NCBI GenBank assembly: GCA_016934535.1
Contig: JAFGSQ010000023.1
Coordinates: forward strand, 1 to 34,332
Source of the DNA: a candidate division WOR-3 bacterium
Lineage (GTDB): Bacteria; SDB-A
DNA: 34,332 bases
Direction: 5' to 3'
Part shown: positions 8,476-17,592 of the stretch, piece by piece
Layout: every line of letters starts with the position of its first letter
How positions within the stretch are numbered: the first letter of the stretch is position 1
Made by a program: the position numbers and the translations under genes
Notes under the pieces: model-generated
Told to the model about the DNA's origin: nothing
The model's input: the letters and a program-made list of their open reading frames with translations, nothing else
Databases searched by the model: none

Positions 8476-10608
8476 CTAAGAAGTCCTGTCCCTTTCTTCT
8501 CCCTCTATCACGATTTTGCTCAGGTCGGCTATTCTTTTGAAAAAATTGGATATATCGGACAAGAGAGCTTTTCTGTTTATCATCTTTGATTCGTCTTCAA
8601 CGTTGACCATCACGTTGTCGAAAAAATTGTCTATCGGTTTTTTTAAATCGAGAAGCCTGTCCATTGCCGATGTGTAATTTTTTACGCCGAGAAACTTTTC
8701 TACTTCCGGTTTTATCTTTTTGAATGAGTGCAAGAGCTCTCTTTCGTAATCTGATTCGAAAATCCCTTCGTCCACGGAGGCTTTAAAATTGAAATCTTCG
8801 AGTATTCTCTCTGTTCTTTTCGAGGCGATTACGAGGTCTATGAAGTTCTTCTGTTCCCTATACTCCGATAGAGCTGAGGATATTTCAAAAGCCTTCAAGG
8901 GGTCGTTTCCAGAGACTGCTATTGCCGCGTCAGCGATGTCGTACCTTATTCCTCGGTCTCTCAGTGCTCTCTCTATACGCGATGAAAAATATTCGCAGAC
9001 CTTTTTGAAAGTATCTTCCGTATTTTCCGCCAGCCCCTGATTCGCGTAAAGACCGAGATTTCTCTTCAGTAAACCTTCAAAGTCTATATGCCAGCTTCTG
9101 TCCAAGGAGATTTGAATTATCAAATTCGCGGATTTTCTCAAACCGTAGGGATCAGCTGAACCCTTCGGTATTCCAAGGATTGAAATAAAACCGCAGAGAT
9201 GATCCATCTTGTCAGCCATGCCAAGTATTTGTGATTCGTCCGAAAAAACAGGATCTGAAATTTCGAGAAGATGGTTTCTGATTATTTCAGCCGTTTTTTC
9301 AGATTCACCGGATTTTAGAGCGTAATAACTCCCGATCACACCCTGAAGGGAAGTGAATTCCTTTCCGTCTCTTATCATAGCAGTCGCCATGTCGCATTTG
9401 CAGAGTTCAGAAGCTCTTTTAAGGGCTTCGATGTCTATTTCAGACCGGCAGAAGTCTTTTATCAGTAGGACAAGTTCTTTCAGCCTTTCTGTCTTCTGCT
9501 GTAAAGTTCCCAACCCTCTCATGTAAGTCATCTCCGAGAGTTTTTCGGAAAAGGAGGTAAAGGGTTTTTTCGTATCGTCGGCGAAATAAAAATAAGCGTC
9601 TTCAAGCCTTGAGCCCACAATTGTCTCGTTGCCTTTGACAGCGTTTTCACAAGCTCTTTCCGATATACCGTCGGCTACATACAAGAAGTAGAGCATAAGA
9701 GAACCGTCTTTCCCGGCAATTGAAAAATCCCTTTGATGGCTTTTTAGAGCGGTGATGATAATCTCCGAAGGCAAAGTCATGTATTCTTCCGGCAGTCTGC
9801 CTTCGACTAGAACCGGGTACTCGACGAGATCGGCGACTTCCTCGATCAGGTCTTCATCTCTTATCAATTTTCCGCCTAATTGCATGGATTTGTTTTCAAG
9901 CAGTTCTATGAGTGTTTTCTTTCTCTCTTCGTGGTCGGCGATAATTTTTTTCTCTCTCAGCGCTTCCTTGTAGTCGCGTGGATTGACTTTTGCGAAATCG
10001 TCTCTTCTTGTGTGAGATATTACTGTTGTTTTGGCTGATTTCACTCCGGCAATTTCGACTGGTATCAAATCTTCACCGAATATGAACAATATGTTTCTGA
10101 GCGGCCTGGGGAAGCGAAAACCGGACGCTTCCCATTTCATCGTCTTTGGGAATTTGATTGTTCTGAGAGCTTCGGGGAGCCAAGACGAAAGGATGCTTTC
10201 TGTTTTTTCTCCTTCCTGAAACTTCTTGAGAAACAAAAATATTCCCTTTTCGCCGGAATCTACGAAAAGTTCAGTCGCTTTCGCGCCGTTTTTTTTGAGA
10301 AATCCTTCAAGGGCTTTTGTCGGTTTGCCGTTTTTCAATGTCTTTTCATGGCAGTCAAGTTGTTTCTCGAACGCTACCGCGACGGAAGGTCCTTTTATTA
10401 AAATTTCGCTGTCAGGTTTTTTAACAGCGAGTTCCCTGACTATTAAAGCGAGTCGTCTCGGAGTGTACATAACAGAAATTTCAGAAAACGCGAGGTTGTT
10501 TTTTTTGAGAAAACATTCGGTTTTTGTCTTGAATTCATCGGAAAAAAATCTTAGGTAAGACGCTGGGAAATCCTCAAAATATAATTCGAGCAAGAGGTCT
10601 TTATTCAT
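8476..10608 (-). CDS. glyS: Glycine--tRNA ligase beta subunit
   Basis: LLLELYFEDFP, TPRRL, FPKTMKW, FPRP, LVEYP, EFTSLQG, GSADPYGLR and FFDNVMVN..NR motifs; overlaps glyQ by 8 nt. Confidence 0.96.
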   Translation of the reverse strand: MNKDLLLELYFEDFPASYLRFFSDEFKTKTECFLKKNNLAFSEISVMYTPRRLALIVRELAVKKPDSEILIKGPSVAVAFEKQLDCHEKTLKNGKPTKALEGFLKKNGAKATELFVDSGEKGIFLFLKKFQEGEKTESILSSWLPEALRTIKFPKTMKWEASGFRFPRPLRNILFIFGEDLIPVEIAGVKSAKTTVISHTRRDDFAKVNPRDYKEALREKKIIADHEERKKTLIELLENKSMQLGGKLIRDEDLIEEVADLVEYPVLVEGRLPEEYMTLPSEIIITALKSHQRDFSIAGKDGSLMLYFLYVADGISERACENAVKGNETIVGSRLEDAYFYFADDTKKPFTSFSEKLSEMTYMRGLGTLQQKTERLKELVLLIKDFCRSEIDIEALKRASELCKCDMATAMIRDGKEFTSLQGVIGSYYALKSGESEKTAEIIRNHLLEISDPVFSDESQILGMADKMDHLCGFISILGIPKGSADPYGLRKSANLIIQISLDRSWHIDFEGLLKRNLGLYANQGLAENTEDTFKKVCEYFSSRIERALRDRGIRYDIADAAIAVSGNDPLKAFEISSALSEYREQKNFIDLVIASKRTERILEDFNFKASVDEGIFESDYERELLHSFKKIKPEVEKFLGVKNYTSAMDRLLDLKKPIDNFFDNVMVNVEDESKMINRKALLSDISNFFKRIADLSKIVIEGEERDRTS

Positions 10609-11452
10609 TTTCTTTCTCAGTTTCGACGTATATTTTCGCCGCGTTTCTCGAGATTTTTCTTATCCTTGCTATGTAAGCAGCTCTTTCGTCGGGGCTTATA
10701 ACGCCTCTCGCGTCGAGCAGGTTGAAAAGGTGGGAACATTTTATGGCGTAGTCATAGGCGGGAAAAACAAGATTCTCCTCTAAAAGCCTGAATGATTCTT
10801 TTTCGTATATTTCAAAAATATCGCGAAGAAGTTTTGTGTCAGCTCTGTCAAAATTGAATTTGCACCACTCACTCTCTGATCTGCCGTAGATATCTTCCCA
10901 CTTCAAATCTTCTGAAAGAGATAATTCCTGAACCCTGTTTTTTTTCTGTGAGAACAGTGCGATTCTCTCCATGCCGTATGTCAACTCGGCGGACACAACG
11001 TCAAGTTCAAGACCTCCCATTTGTTGAAAGTAAGTGAACTGGCTGATTTCCATGCCGTCAAGCCAGACCTCCCAACCCAATCCCTGAGCGCCGAGGGTCG
11101 GGGACTCCCAATCGTCTTCGACAAATCTGATATCGTGTTCATCTGTCTTTATACCGATACTCCTCAAGCTCTCTATATAGAGAAACCTGACGTCCTGAGG
11201 AGCCGGTTTAAGCAGGACCTGAAACTGTGTGAACTGTTGAAACCTCAGGGGATTTTCGTTGTATCTACCGTCTTTCGGTCTTTTCGATATTTCAAGGTAT
11301 GCGATTTTTATGGGTTTTTTACCGAGAGAGAACAGGAAAGTGAAAGGGTTGAATGTCCCCGCTCCGACTTCACTAGAATAGGGGTGAGCGATGTAACAAC
11401 CCTTTGATGCCCAAAAGTCTGCCAGGGATTTTATCATTGAGTCGAAATTCAT
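10601..11452 (-). CDS. glyQ: Glycine--tRNA ligase alpha subunit
   Basis: EVGAGT, RPKDGRY, FVEDDWESPTLGAQGLGWEVWLDGMEISQFTYFQQ and SHLFNLLDARG motifs. Confidence 0.98.
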   Translation of the reverse strand: MNFDSMIKSLADFWASKGCYIAHPYSSEVGAGTFNPFTFLFSLGKKPIKIAYLEISKRPKDGRYNENPLRFQQFTQFQVLLKPAPQDVRFLYIESLRSIGIKTDEHDIRFVEDDWESPTLGAQGLGWEVWLDGMEISQFTYFQQMGGLELDVVSAELTYGMERIALFSQKKNRVQELSLSEDLKWEDIYGRSESEWCKFNFDRADTKLLRDIFEIYEKESFRLLEENLVFPAYDYAIKCSHLFNLLDARGVISPDERAAYIARIRKISRNAAKIYVETEKENE

Positions 11453-11453
11453 T

Positions 11454-11726
11454 TTATCCGAGTTTGTATAGTTTACGGACCGGTCTTTCTACAGCCCATG
11501 TGCACTTAAGGCCTTTGGGGAATGTAACGACGTCTCCTTCTTCAATTTCGACTTCCTGGTTGTCTCCGTATTGGATTTTTACTTTTCCCTCGATAAAAAT
11601 GCAGGTCTCGTCTTCATCGTATTCCCAATCGAAAGTTTCAATACCGCAAGACCACTGAGGCCAGTTTTCTGCGTTCAGATTATTTATGCTCTGATCGCCG
11701 GCTTTTTTGAGTATTTTTATATCCAT
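11454..11726 (-). CDS. Cupin_3 (DUF861/EutQ-like) small cupin protein
   Basis: WPQWSC..FDWEY..ETCIFIEG..GDVVTFPKGLKCTW..PVRKLY pattern; AGGAGG RBS before ATG 11726; 90 aa. Confidence 0.9.
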   Translation of the reverse strand: MDIKILKKAGDQSINNLNAENWPQWSCGIETFDWEYDEDETCIFIEGKVKIQYGDNQEVEIEEGDVVTFPKGLKCTWAVERPVRKLYKLG

Positions 11727-11747
11727 GATTTCCTCCTGAGAAAAAAA

Positions 11748-11777
11748 AGAATATATTTTTGCGGTATGTCTTGTCAA
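11748..11777 (-). promoter_or_regulatory. Sigma-70 promoter candidate for cupin-glyQ-glyS
   Basis: Minus strand TTGACA (11777-11772) followed by TATATT at 16 nt or TATTCT at 18 nt, just upstream of the RBS. Confidence 0.6.
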
Positions 11778-11996
11778 CGTAATTGTAAAGGTTTTGGTCG
11801 AGGGAGAGAAGATGCATAGAGGATTTTTAACAGCCAAGTGCAGGATTCTTCAATATGTATGTACTAAAATTATGTCAAAAAAAACTCGTCTCTGAAAAGA
11901 AAAAAATCAGCCCTGCAGCAGTATGGTGCAATTTTCAACGATGTTATTTAGAAACCAGTTATGTGCCAAGTATTGTTATGAAACAGATGATTTTTT

Positions 11997-12005
11997 TGGT
12001 ATAAT
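11997..12005 (+). promoter_or_regulatory. Extended -10 promoter (TGnTATAAT) upstream of pmbA-tldD
   Basis: Exact TGGTATAAT. A second candidate, TTGCGC-18-TATCCT, lies at 12085-12114. Confidence 0.5.
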
Positions 12006-12164
12006 GTTTCTCAAGTTCAGCGCTCATCAAGAATTGTTTTCAAGAAGGAATAGTTTTGTATTTTTATCTGGAGATTTTTGTCCATTGCGCATTGAAGCCG
12101 TTTGGTTTTATCCTTATCCGGAACAAAGAAATGATCTGGATTTCCGATAAATGAAGGAGGGAAG

Positions 12165-13496
12165 ATGATAGATAAGCAGAAGATCAAGGATTTTCTGGCA
12201 AAATCTGCCGGAGTAGAAACAGAAATAATAATTTATTCGGAGAATAATGCTTCGACTAGGTTCTCTAACAACTCGATAACCCAGAATGTGAAAAACGAGA
12301 GTATCTATTTCAAGCTCAGGGTTTTGGAGGGGAAAAAGACGTCAGCTGTTTCATCCGACGATTTATCGGTTGAAAATCTCGAAAAAATGAGAAAAAAAGC
12401 CCTGGAGATAAATAAATTCGCCAAAGACGACAGCGACCTTTTACCTTTGCTGGACAAAGACGACGAATTGACAGTCGATTCCGCTTACGATAAAAAAACA
12501 GCGGAGATGGAGCCTTCAATGAGGACCGAAATCGTTAATAGATGTGTGAGCGAAGCCGGGAAAAAAGGTATGCAAGCGGCTGGCTTTTTGAGAAATGGCA
12601 GCTCGGGGCTTGTAATAGCGACCAATAAAGGGATGTGGCGTGAGAACAGACGCAGTCATTTTTCACTTTCACTTTCGGTTATGAACGAAGAAGGCTCCGG
12701 ATGGGCGAGTTTTTCATCTTCGAAATTCGACCAGAAAGCTGTGGAAGAAGTTGTAAAAAAAGCCGTTGAAAAAGCCGACGCCAGCAGAAATTTACAGACA
12801 CTTCCCCCCGGTCCATACACTGTTATTCTCGAACCGGCTGCGGTCGCTGATCTTATAGCTTTTCTAGGTTTTGGAGGATTAGGAGGCCTTTCTTTTGTCG
12901 AAAACAGATCCTTCATGAGCGGGAAATTGGGAAAGAAAATAATGGATGAAAAAATCACAATCACGGACGACGTCAACGATGATCTCTTCAAGGCTTGCCC
13001 TTTTGATTTTGAAGGACTGGAGACAAAAAAAGTTGTTTTGATAGAAAACGGAGTGGCAAAAGCCGTTGTTCATGACAGAAAAACCGCCGCTATAGCCCTG
13101 ACAGAATCTACAGGGCATTCTCTACCTCAGCCAAACAGCCATGGTCCTTTTCCCAGAGCTCTCAAAGTTTCGAAAGGCAGCTCGAAAATCGAAGAAATGA
13201 TAAAATCAACAGAAAAGGGAATACTTGTGACAAGATTCCACTACACCAATATGCTCGACCCTATGAGAGTAACCGTTACGGGCATGACCAGAGACGGTCT
13301 GTTCCTAATCGAGAAAGGTAAAACGACAAAAGCGCTTAAAAATTTCAGGTTCACCGAAAGCATCTTGGAAGCCTTTTCTCGCGTCGTCATGGTCGGAGAC
13401 AGCCATAAATTGACACAGGGCTTTTTTGGAGGCGGCTTTGTCACTCCGGCGCTTAAAATTGAAAACTTCCACTTTTCCAGCAACACGGACTTTTAG
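12165..13496 (+). CDS. pmbA: TldE/PmbA family protein (non-catalytic subunit)
   Basis: TRFSNNSITQN, LPPGPYTVILEPAAV, FDFEG, TGMTRDG and NFRF motifs; no HExxH; AAGGAGG RBS. Confidence 0.9.
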   Translation: MIDKQKIKDFLAKSAGVETEIIIYSENNASTRFSNNSITQNVKNESIYFKLRVLEGKKTSAVSSDDLSVENLEKMRKKALEINKFAKDDSDLLPLLDKDDELTVDSAYDKKTAEMEPSMRTEIVNRCVSEAGKKGMQAAGFLRNGSSGLVIATNKGMWRENRRSHFSLSLSVMNEEGSGWASFSSSKFDQKAVEEVVKKAVEKADASRNLQTLPPGPYTVILEPAAVADLIAFLGFGGLGGLSFVENRSFMSGKLGKKIMDEKITITDDVNDDLFKACPFDFEGLETKKVVLIENGVAKAVVHDRKTAAIALTESTGHSLPQPNSHGPFPRALKVSKGSSKIEEMIKSTEKGILVTRFHYTNMLDPMRVTVTGMTRDGLFLIEKGKTTKALKNFRFTESILEAFSRVVMVGDSHKLTQGFFGGGFVTPALKIENFHFSSNTDF

Positions 13497-13505
13497 GGAG
13501 GAAAG

Positions 13506-14981
13506 ATGAAAGAACTCGCTTACAGAGCCATCGAAAGGGCTAAAAAAGAAGGCGCTGAATACGCTGACATAAGAATAATTCAGGATGAATCCGAAATGCT
13601 CGAGACGAGAAACGGAAAACCGAGCAGGATTGATTATAATGAGAGCGAAGGTTTTGGAATAAGGGTGCTTTACGACGGATCTTGGGGCTTTGCCTCTTCG
13701 TCCGGAACTAAACCCGAACAGGTAGATAAAATTGCCTCTCTTGCCGTAGAGATAGCCAAAAATTCATCAAAAGTCAGACAGAGAAAAGTGAAACTCGCCA
13801 AGGAGAAGGTCTGGGATGAATTTTGGATGACGCCTTACGTCATAGACCCGTTCAAAGTTCCGGTTTCAGAAAAGCTGGACCTTTTGATGGCGATAGATTC
13901 AATCCTGAGAAAAAAACCGGAAATAAAAGTCGCTATATGCATGATGGAATTCTGGAGAGAGCACCAATGGCTGGCGACTTCTGAGGGAAGTTTTATCGAA
14001 CAGATATATTTAAGGTCTGGCACCGGATATCAAGCTGTAGCGGTGGGCGACCACGAGATGCAGGTCAGAACCTTTCCGAACACCCACAGGGGGCAGTACC
14101 TTTCCACGGGGTACGAACTCGTAGGTTCGCTCGAATTGATCGAAAACGCCGACAGGGTTAGAGATGAAGCTATAGCGCTTTTATCTGCTGAAAACTGCCC
14201 TACGGCGAGAAAAGATATAATATTGACTGGAACTCAGATGGTCCTTCAGATACACGAATCAGTGGGCCATGCGACGGAATTGGACAGAGTACTCGGATAT
14301 GAAGCGAACTACGCGGGCAGATCTTTCGCGACAATGGAAAAGGTTGGAAAACTCAGGTACGGCTCTGAAAAGGTAAACCTCGTCGCTGACAACACACTAC
14401 CAGGAGGACTTTCCACCGCGAGGTTCGACGACGACGCCGTCCCCGCGAAAAGATGGCATATAGTAAAAAACGGTGTTTTTTCAGGATATATGACGAATCG
14501 TGAAATAGCTTTCGAAACAGATCAACCCGAGAGCATGGGCTGTAACAGAGCACAGGGATATTCCAACATTCCCATTATAAGAATCGCGAATCTCAGCCTC
14601 ATGCCCGACAGAGGATCTCTTGAAGATATAATTTCAGATACCGAAGACGGCATACTTATGGACACCAATAAAAGCTGGTCGATAGATCAGATGCGGATGA
14701 ATTTCCAATTCGGGGTTGAAGCCGCTTGGGAGATAAAAAAGGGGAAGAAAACCAAACTTCTGAAAAACGCCAACTACCAGAGTTCGACAGTCGAGTTTTG
14801 GAATTCTTGCGACCGTATAGCTGGTCCCGAAGAATGGAAACTATGGGGTGTCAGAAATTGCGGAAAAGGTCAACCCGGACAGAGCGCGGAAATGTCTCAC
14901 GGCTCTTCACCCGCAAGATTCAGAAATATACAAATAGGCGTAGGCAACGATTTTCTTGAGAAAAATTCCGATTTAATATAA
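13506..14981 (+). CDS. tldD: TldD family metalloprotease (catalytic subunit)
   Basis: YADIR, GFGIRVL..GSWGFA, HESVGH metal motif, SWSIDQ.R.NFQFG and CGKGQPGQ with the Cys ligand; GGAGG RBS. Confidence 0.93.
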   Translation: MKELAYRAIERAKKEGAEYADIRIIQDESEMLETRNGKPSRIDYNESEGFGIRVLYDGSWGFASSSGTKPEQVDKIASLAVEIAKNSSKVRQRKVKLAKEKVWDEFWMTPYVIDPFKVPVSEKLDLLMAIDSILRKKPEIKVAICMMEFWREHQWLATSEGSFIEQIYLRSGTGYQAVAVGDHEMQVRTFPNTHRGQYLSTGYELVGSLELIENADRVRDEAIALLSAENCPTARKDIILTGTQMVLQIHESVGHATELDRVLGYEANYAGRSFATMEKVGKLRYGSEKVNLVADNTLPGGLSTARFDDDAVPAKRWHIVKNGVFSGYMTNREIAFETDQPESMGCNRAQGYSNIPIIRIANLSLMPDRGSLEDIISDTEDGILMDTNKSWSIDQMRMNFQFGVEAAWEIKKGKKTKLLKNANYQSSTVEFWNSCDRIAGPEEWKLWGVRNCGKGQPGQSAEMSHGSSPARFRNIQIGVGNDFLEKNSDLI

Positions 14982-15027
14982 TATACATTGAAAGAAATTA
15001 ATCATAAAAATAAATAAGGAGGAGAGG

Positions 15028-16215
15028 GTGATTAAATTGAATTTCAATTACAAGGATATCTTTCGCGCCGGAAGGCTTGGTTTCAGCTTCAAGAAAATGA
15101 GCGCTGGTATGATAGGACTTGTAATTTTGACTGTAGTCTACAACGTTTTTACTTATGTTTCCATGAGCATAGCCGGGGTGCCTTTCGACAGGATTTGGAC
15201 TTTTCAGAGGCTGGCGCCGATACCTTTCGGAATGTCTATGCCATGGTATTCCTGGATTATATGGGCGGTCGGAGCACTTTTGTCCTGGTTCATAATGGCG
15301 TTGACGATTTCAGCAGTTTCCAAAATCACCTTTGAACAACTCAGAGGCGATGAATTTTACGAAGTGGGTAAAGCCTATAAAGATTCCCTGAAACTCTGGA
15401 AGAGCTCTTTCCTTTCGCCAATAATTCTGGCCGTGTTCATAGCGTTTCTTTTCGCGGTGGGAGTTCTTTTTGGTCTGATGGGGAAAATTCCCGTAGCCGG
15501 TCCTTGGATTGTAGGTTTACTATCAGTTTTTCTTTTCCTTGGAGCTTTCTTTATCGTGTATCTTATACTGGTTTGGGTTGTCTCCCTTCTGACTTCTCCG
15601 ACGATATCGGTCGTGACAAACGGCGACAGTTTTGACACTCTTTTTGAGGTTTTCAGCGTTGCCAATGAACAGACGTGGAGATTCGTGGTGTGGCAATTTT
15701 TAAACGGCGCCATTATGACTACGGGAGTTCTGATATATTCTTTCGCCATAAAATTCACCCTGACTTTGTTGAAGTTAGCTATGGATATTCCAAATGGCCA
15801 AGTCTGGTGGAACCAGGTGTGGAACGTGGCGAGAAGCACCCTGCCTTCTCTTCCTCCAATGATACCCTCCCATTTGTACAATATTTTTGCCAAAATGTTT
15901 CCAGGATCGGTGCAGGTATGGCCAATGAATAGTTTGGTCGGCATCGGACCGATGGTAGGAGGAATAATCCTAGCCGTTCTGCTATACCTCGTCATGCTCT
16001 CTATTCTTTCTCTGAAACTTTCGATTTTCAGCGTTGGACAAACCCTTATCTATGTAGTGCTCGTAAAAATTAAGGACGACAGAAATCTTCTTGAGACAAA
16101 AAAGAAATGGTCTATAGACGACGAAGACGAAGATTTGGATGAAGAAGAAAAAGAAGAGGAGAAAGAGGAAGATAAAAAAGAAAAGGAGACTGTTGAGGGA
16201 GAAGCAGAAAAATGA
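15028..16215 (+). CDS. Hypothetical polytopic membrane protein with a highly acidic C-terminal tail
   Basis: About 6 hydrophobic segments; AAGGAGG RBS before GTG; tail DDEDEDLDEEEKEEEKEEDKKEKE. Confidence 0.85.
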   Translation: MIKLNFNYKDIFRAGRLGFSFKKMSAGMIGLVILTVVYNVFTYVSMSIAGVPFDRIWTFQRLAPIPFGMSMPWYSWIIWAVGALLSWFIMALTISAVSKITFEQLRGDEFYEVGKAYKDSLKLWKSSFLSPIILAVFIAFLFAVGVLFGLMGKIPVAGPWIVGLLSVFLFLGAFFIVYLILVWVVSLLTSPTISVVTNGDSFDTLFEVFSVANEQTWRFVVWQFLNGAIMTTGVLIYSFAIKFTLTLLKLAMDIPNGQVWWNQVWNVARSTLPSLPPMIPSHLYNIFAKMFPGSVQVWPMNSLVGIGPMVGGIILAVLLYLVMLSILSLKLSIFSVGQTLIYVVLVKIKDDRNLLETKKKWSIDDEDEDLDEEEKEEEKEEDKKEKETVEGEAEK

Positions 16216-16237
16216 TTTGAGGCTTATCTCTTGAAAA

Positions 16238-17326
16238 ATGTCTTATCTTTCACTGAAGAATGTAAGTAAGGTTTTTTCAAAAACCAGGGCATTAGAACCT
16301 GTTGACCTCGAAGCGGAAAAAGGCGAACTGCTCGTAATTGTAGGGCCTTCCGGTTGCGGTAAATCTACTTTGTTGAGAATAGTCGCCGGACTCGAAACTC
16401 CGAGTTCCGGCGAGATTTTTCTGGAGGGGAAAAAAATAAACGACAGGGAGCCGTCCGAGAGGGATATCGCTATGGTGTTCCAGAATTACGCCTTGTATCC
16501 TCACATGAAGGTTAAGGACAATCTTTCTTTTGCCCTGAAGATGAGAAAATTTTCAAAAAAAGAAATTTCCGAGAGGGTGTCGGAAGCCTCGGGGTTGCTC
16601 GAAATTGGAGATTTACTTGACAGATATCCAAAAGAAATTTCGGGCGGAGAAAGACAAAGAGTGGCTCTTGGAAGAGCTATAGTGAGGCATCCGAAGCTTT
16701 TCCTTTTTGACGAACCCCTGTCAAATTTAGACGCGAAATTGAGAGTTCAGATGAGAAGCGAAATCACCAAACTCCACATGAGAATTGGGGTGACGATGTT
16801 GTATGTCACACACGATCAGACAGAAGCGATGACCATGGGAGACAGAATCGCGGTTATGAAATCCGACAAAAAAAACGGTTTGGGCGGGAAAATTTATCAG
16901 ACTGGGGTTCCAATGGACTTGTATGAAAAGCCCGAGAATAAATTCGTCGCTGAATTCATAGGTACACCTTCGATGAATTTCATAGAAAACATAGTTGTTG
17001 AAGACGGAATTGTGCGCGTCAAAAATTTGCAAGATTTACTCAAAAACTTTCAACCTGACGCAGATTACGCGGACATGGTGCTCGGAATAAGACCTGAGAA
17101 ACTGAAAGTGTTCGAGGATCAAACCCACGGTGAAAGGATGAGTGTTGAACTCGTCGAGAGAATGGGGGCGGAAACGCTTGTTTATCTTGTCAAAGACGGA
17201 TTAAAACTTGTTTCAAAAATTTTTAAACCTTTGAAAATAAAAAGCGGAGATTTAGTTGGAGTCGAAATCAGCTCGGAAGACGCGATGTTTTTCGACAGGA
17301 GGGACGGCGGCATAGTTTCTCGATGA
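16238..17326 (+). CDS. MalK/MsiK/UgpC-family ABC ATP-binding protein
   Basis: Walker A GPSGCGKST, Q-loop MVFQNYALYPHM, signature ISGGERQR, Walker B FLFDEPLSNLD, H-loop VTHDQ, and C-terminal GIRPE/TOBE region. Confidence 0.95.
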   Translation: MSYLSLKNVSKVFSKTRALEPVDLEAEKGELLVIVGPSGCGKSTLLRIVAGLETPSSGEIFLEGKKINDREPSERDIAMVFQNYALYPHMKVKDNLSFALKMRKFSKKEISERVSEASGLLEIGDLLDRYPKEISGGERQRVALGRAIVRHPKLFLFDEPLSNLDAKLRVQMRSEITKLHMRIGVTMLYVTHDQTEAMTMGDRIAVMKSDKKNGLGGKIYQTGVPMDLYEKPENKFVAEFIGTPSMNFIENIVVEDGIVRVKNLQDLLKNFQPDADYADMVLGIRPEKLKVFEDQTHGERMSVELVERMGAETLVYLVKDGLKLVSKIFKPLKIKSGDLVGVEISSEDAMFFDRRDGGIVSR

Positions 17327-17592
17327 GAAAAGTTTTAAAAATCGTCAACAAACTCGGGATTCACGCCAGACCTGCCGCTGTTTTGGTAAAAATAGCGAAT
17401 GCTTATGACTGCGATGTATTTTTCGAAAAGGACGGAATGAGGGTCAACGGGAAGAGCGTTCTCGACCTGATGATTCTTGCCGCTCCAAAAGGGACAGAGA
17501 TATCAGTTGAAACGGTTGGAGAAGGGGAAAAGGAGTGCATGGGTGAAATTGAAGAAATTTTCGCGAGAGGTTTTGACGAAGAAATAGAATGA
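17323..17592 (+). CDS. ptsH: Phosphocarrier protein HPr
   Basis: GIHARPAA (His15) and NGKS (Ser46); ATGA overlaps at both ends. Confidence 0.96.
   Translation: MRKVLKIVNKLGIHARPAAVLVKIANAYDCDVFFEKDGMRVNGKSVLDLMILAAPKGTEISVETVGEGEKECMGEIEEIFARGFDEEIE

Noticed and set aside
11954..11970. Minus-strand TTGGCAC as a sigma-54 promoter
   Set aside because: The -24 element matches, but the -12 position reads TGGT rather than TTGC.
11923..12150. 75-aa ORF upstream of pmbA-tldD as a RiPP precursor
   Set aside because: No RBS, it overlaps the promoter candidates, it has no leader/core pattern, and no YcaO, radical SAM or other modifying enzyme is in the window.
15375..15995. 206-aa antisense ORF and the many other nested ORFs in the track
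   Set aside because: They lie opposite or inside well-supported genes, lack RBS and motifs, and are expected shadows of coding sequence.
16118..16212. Purine-rich GAA/GAG tract as a DNA repeat element
   Set aside because: Explained by the Asp/Glu/Lys-rich tail of the membrane protein.
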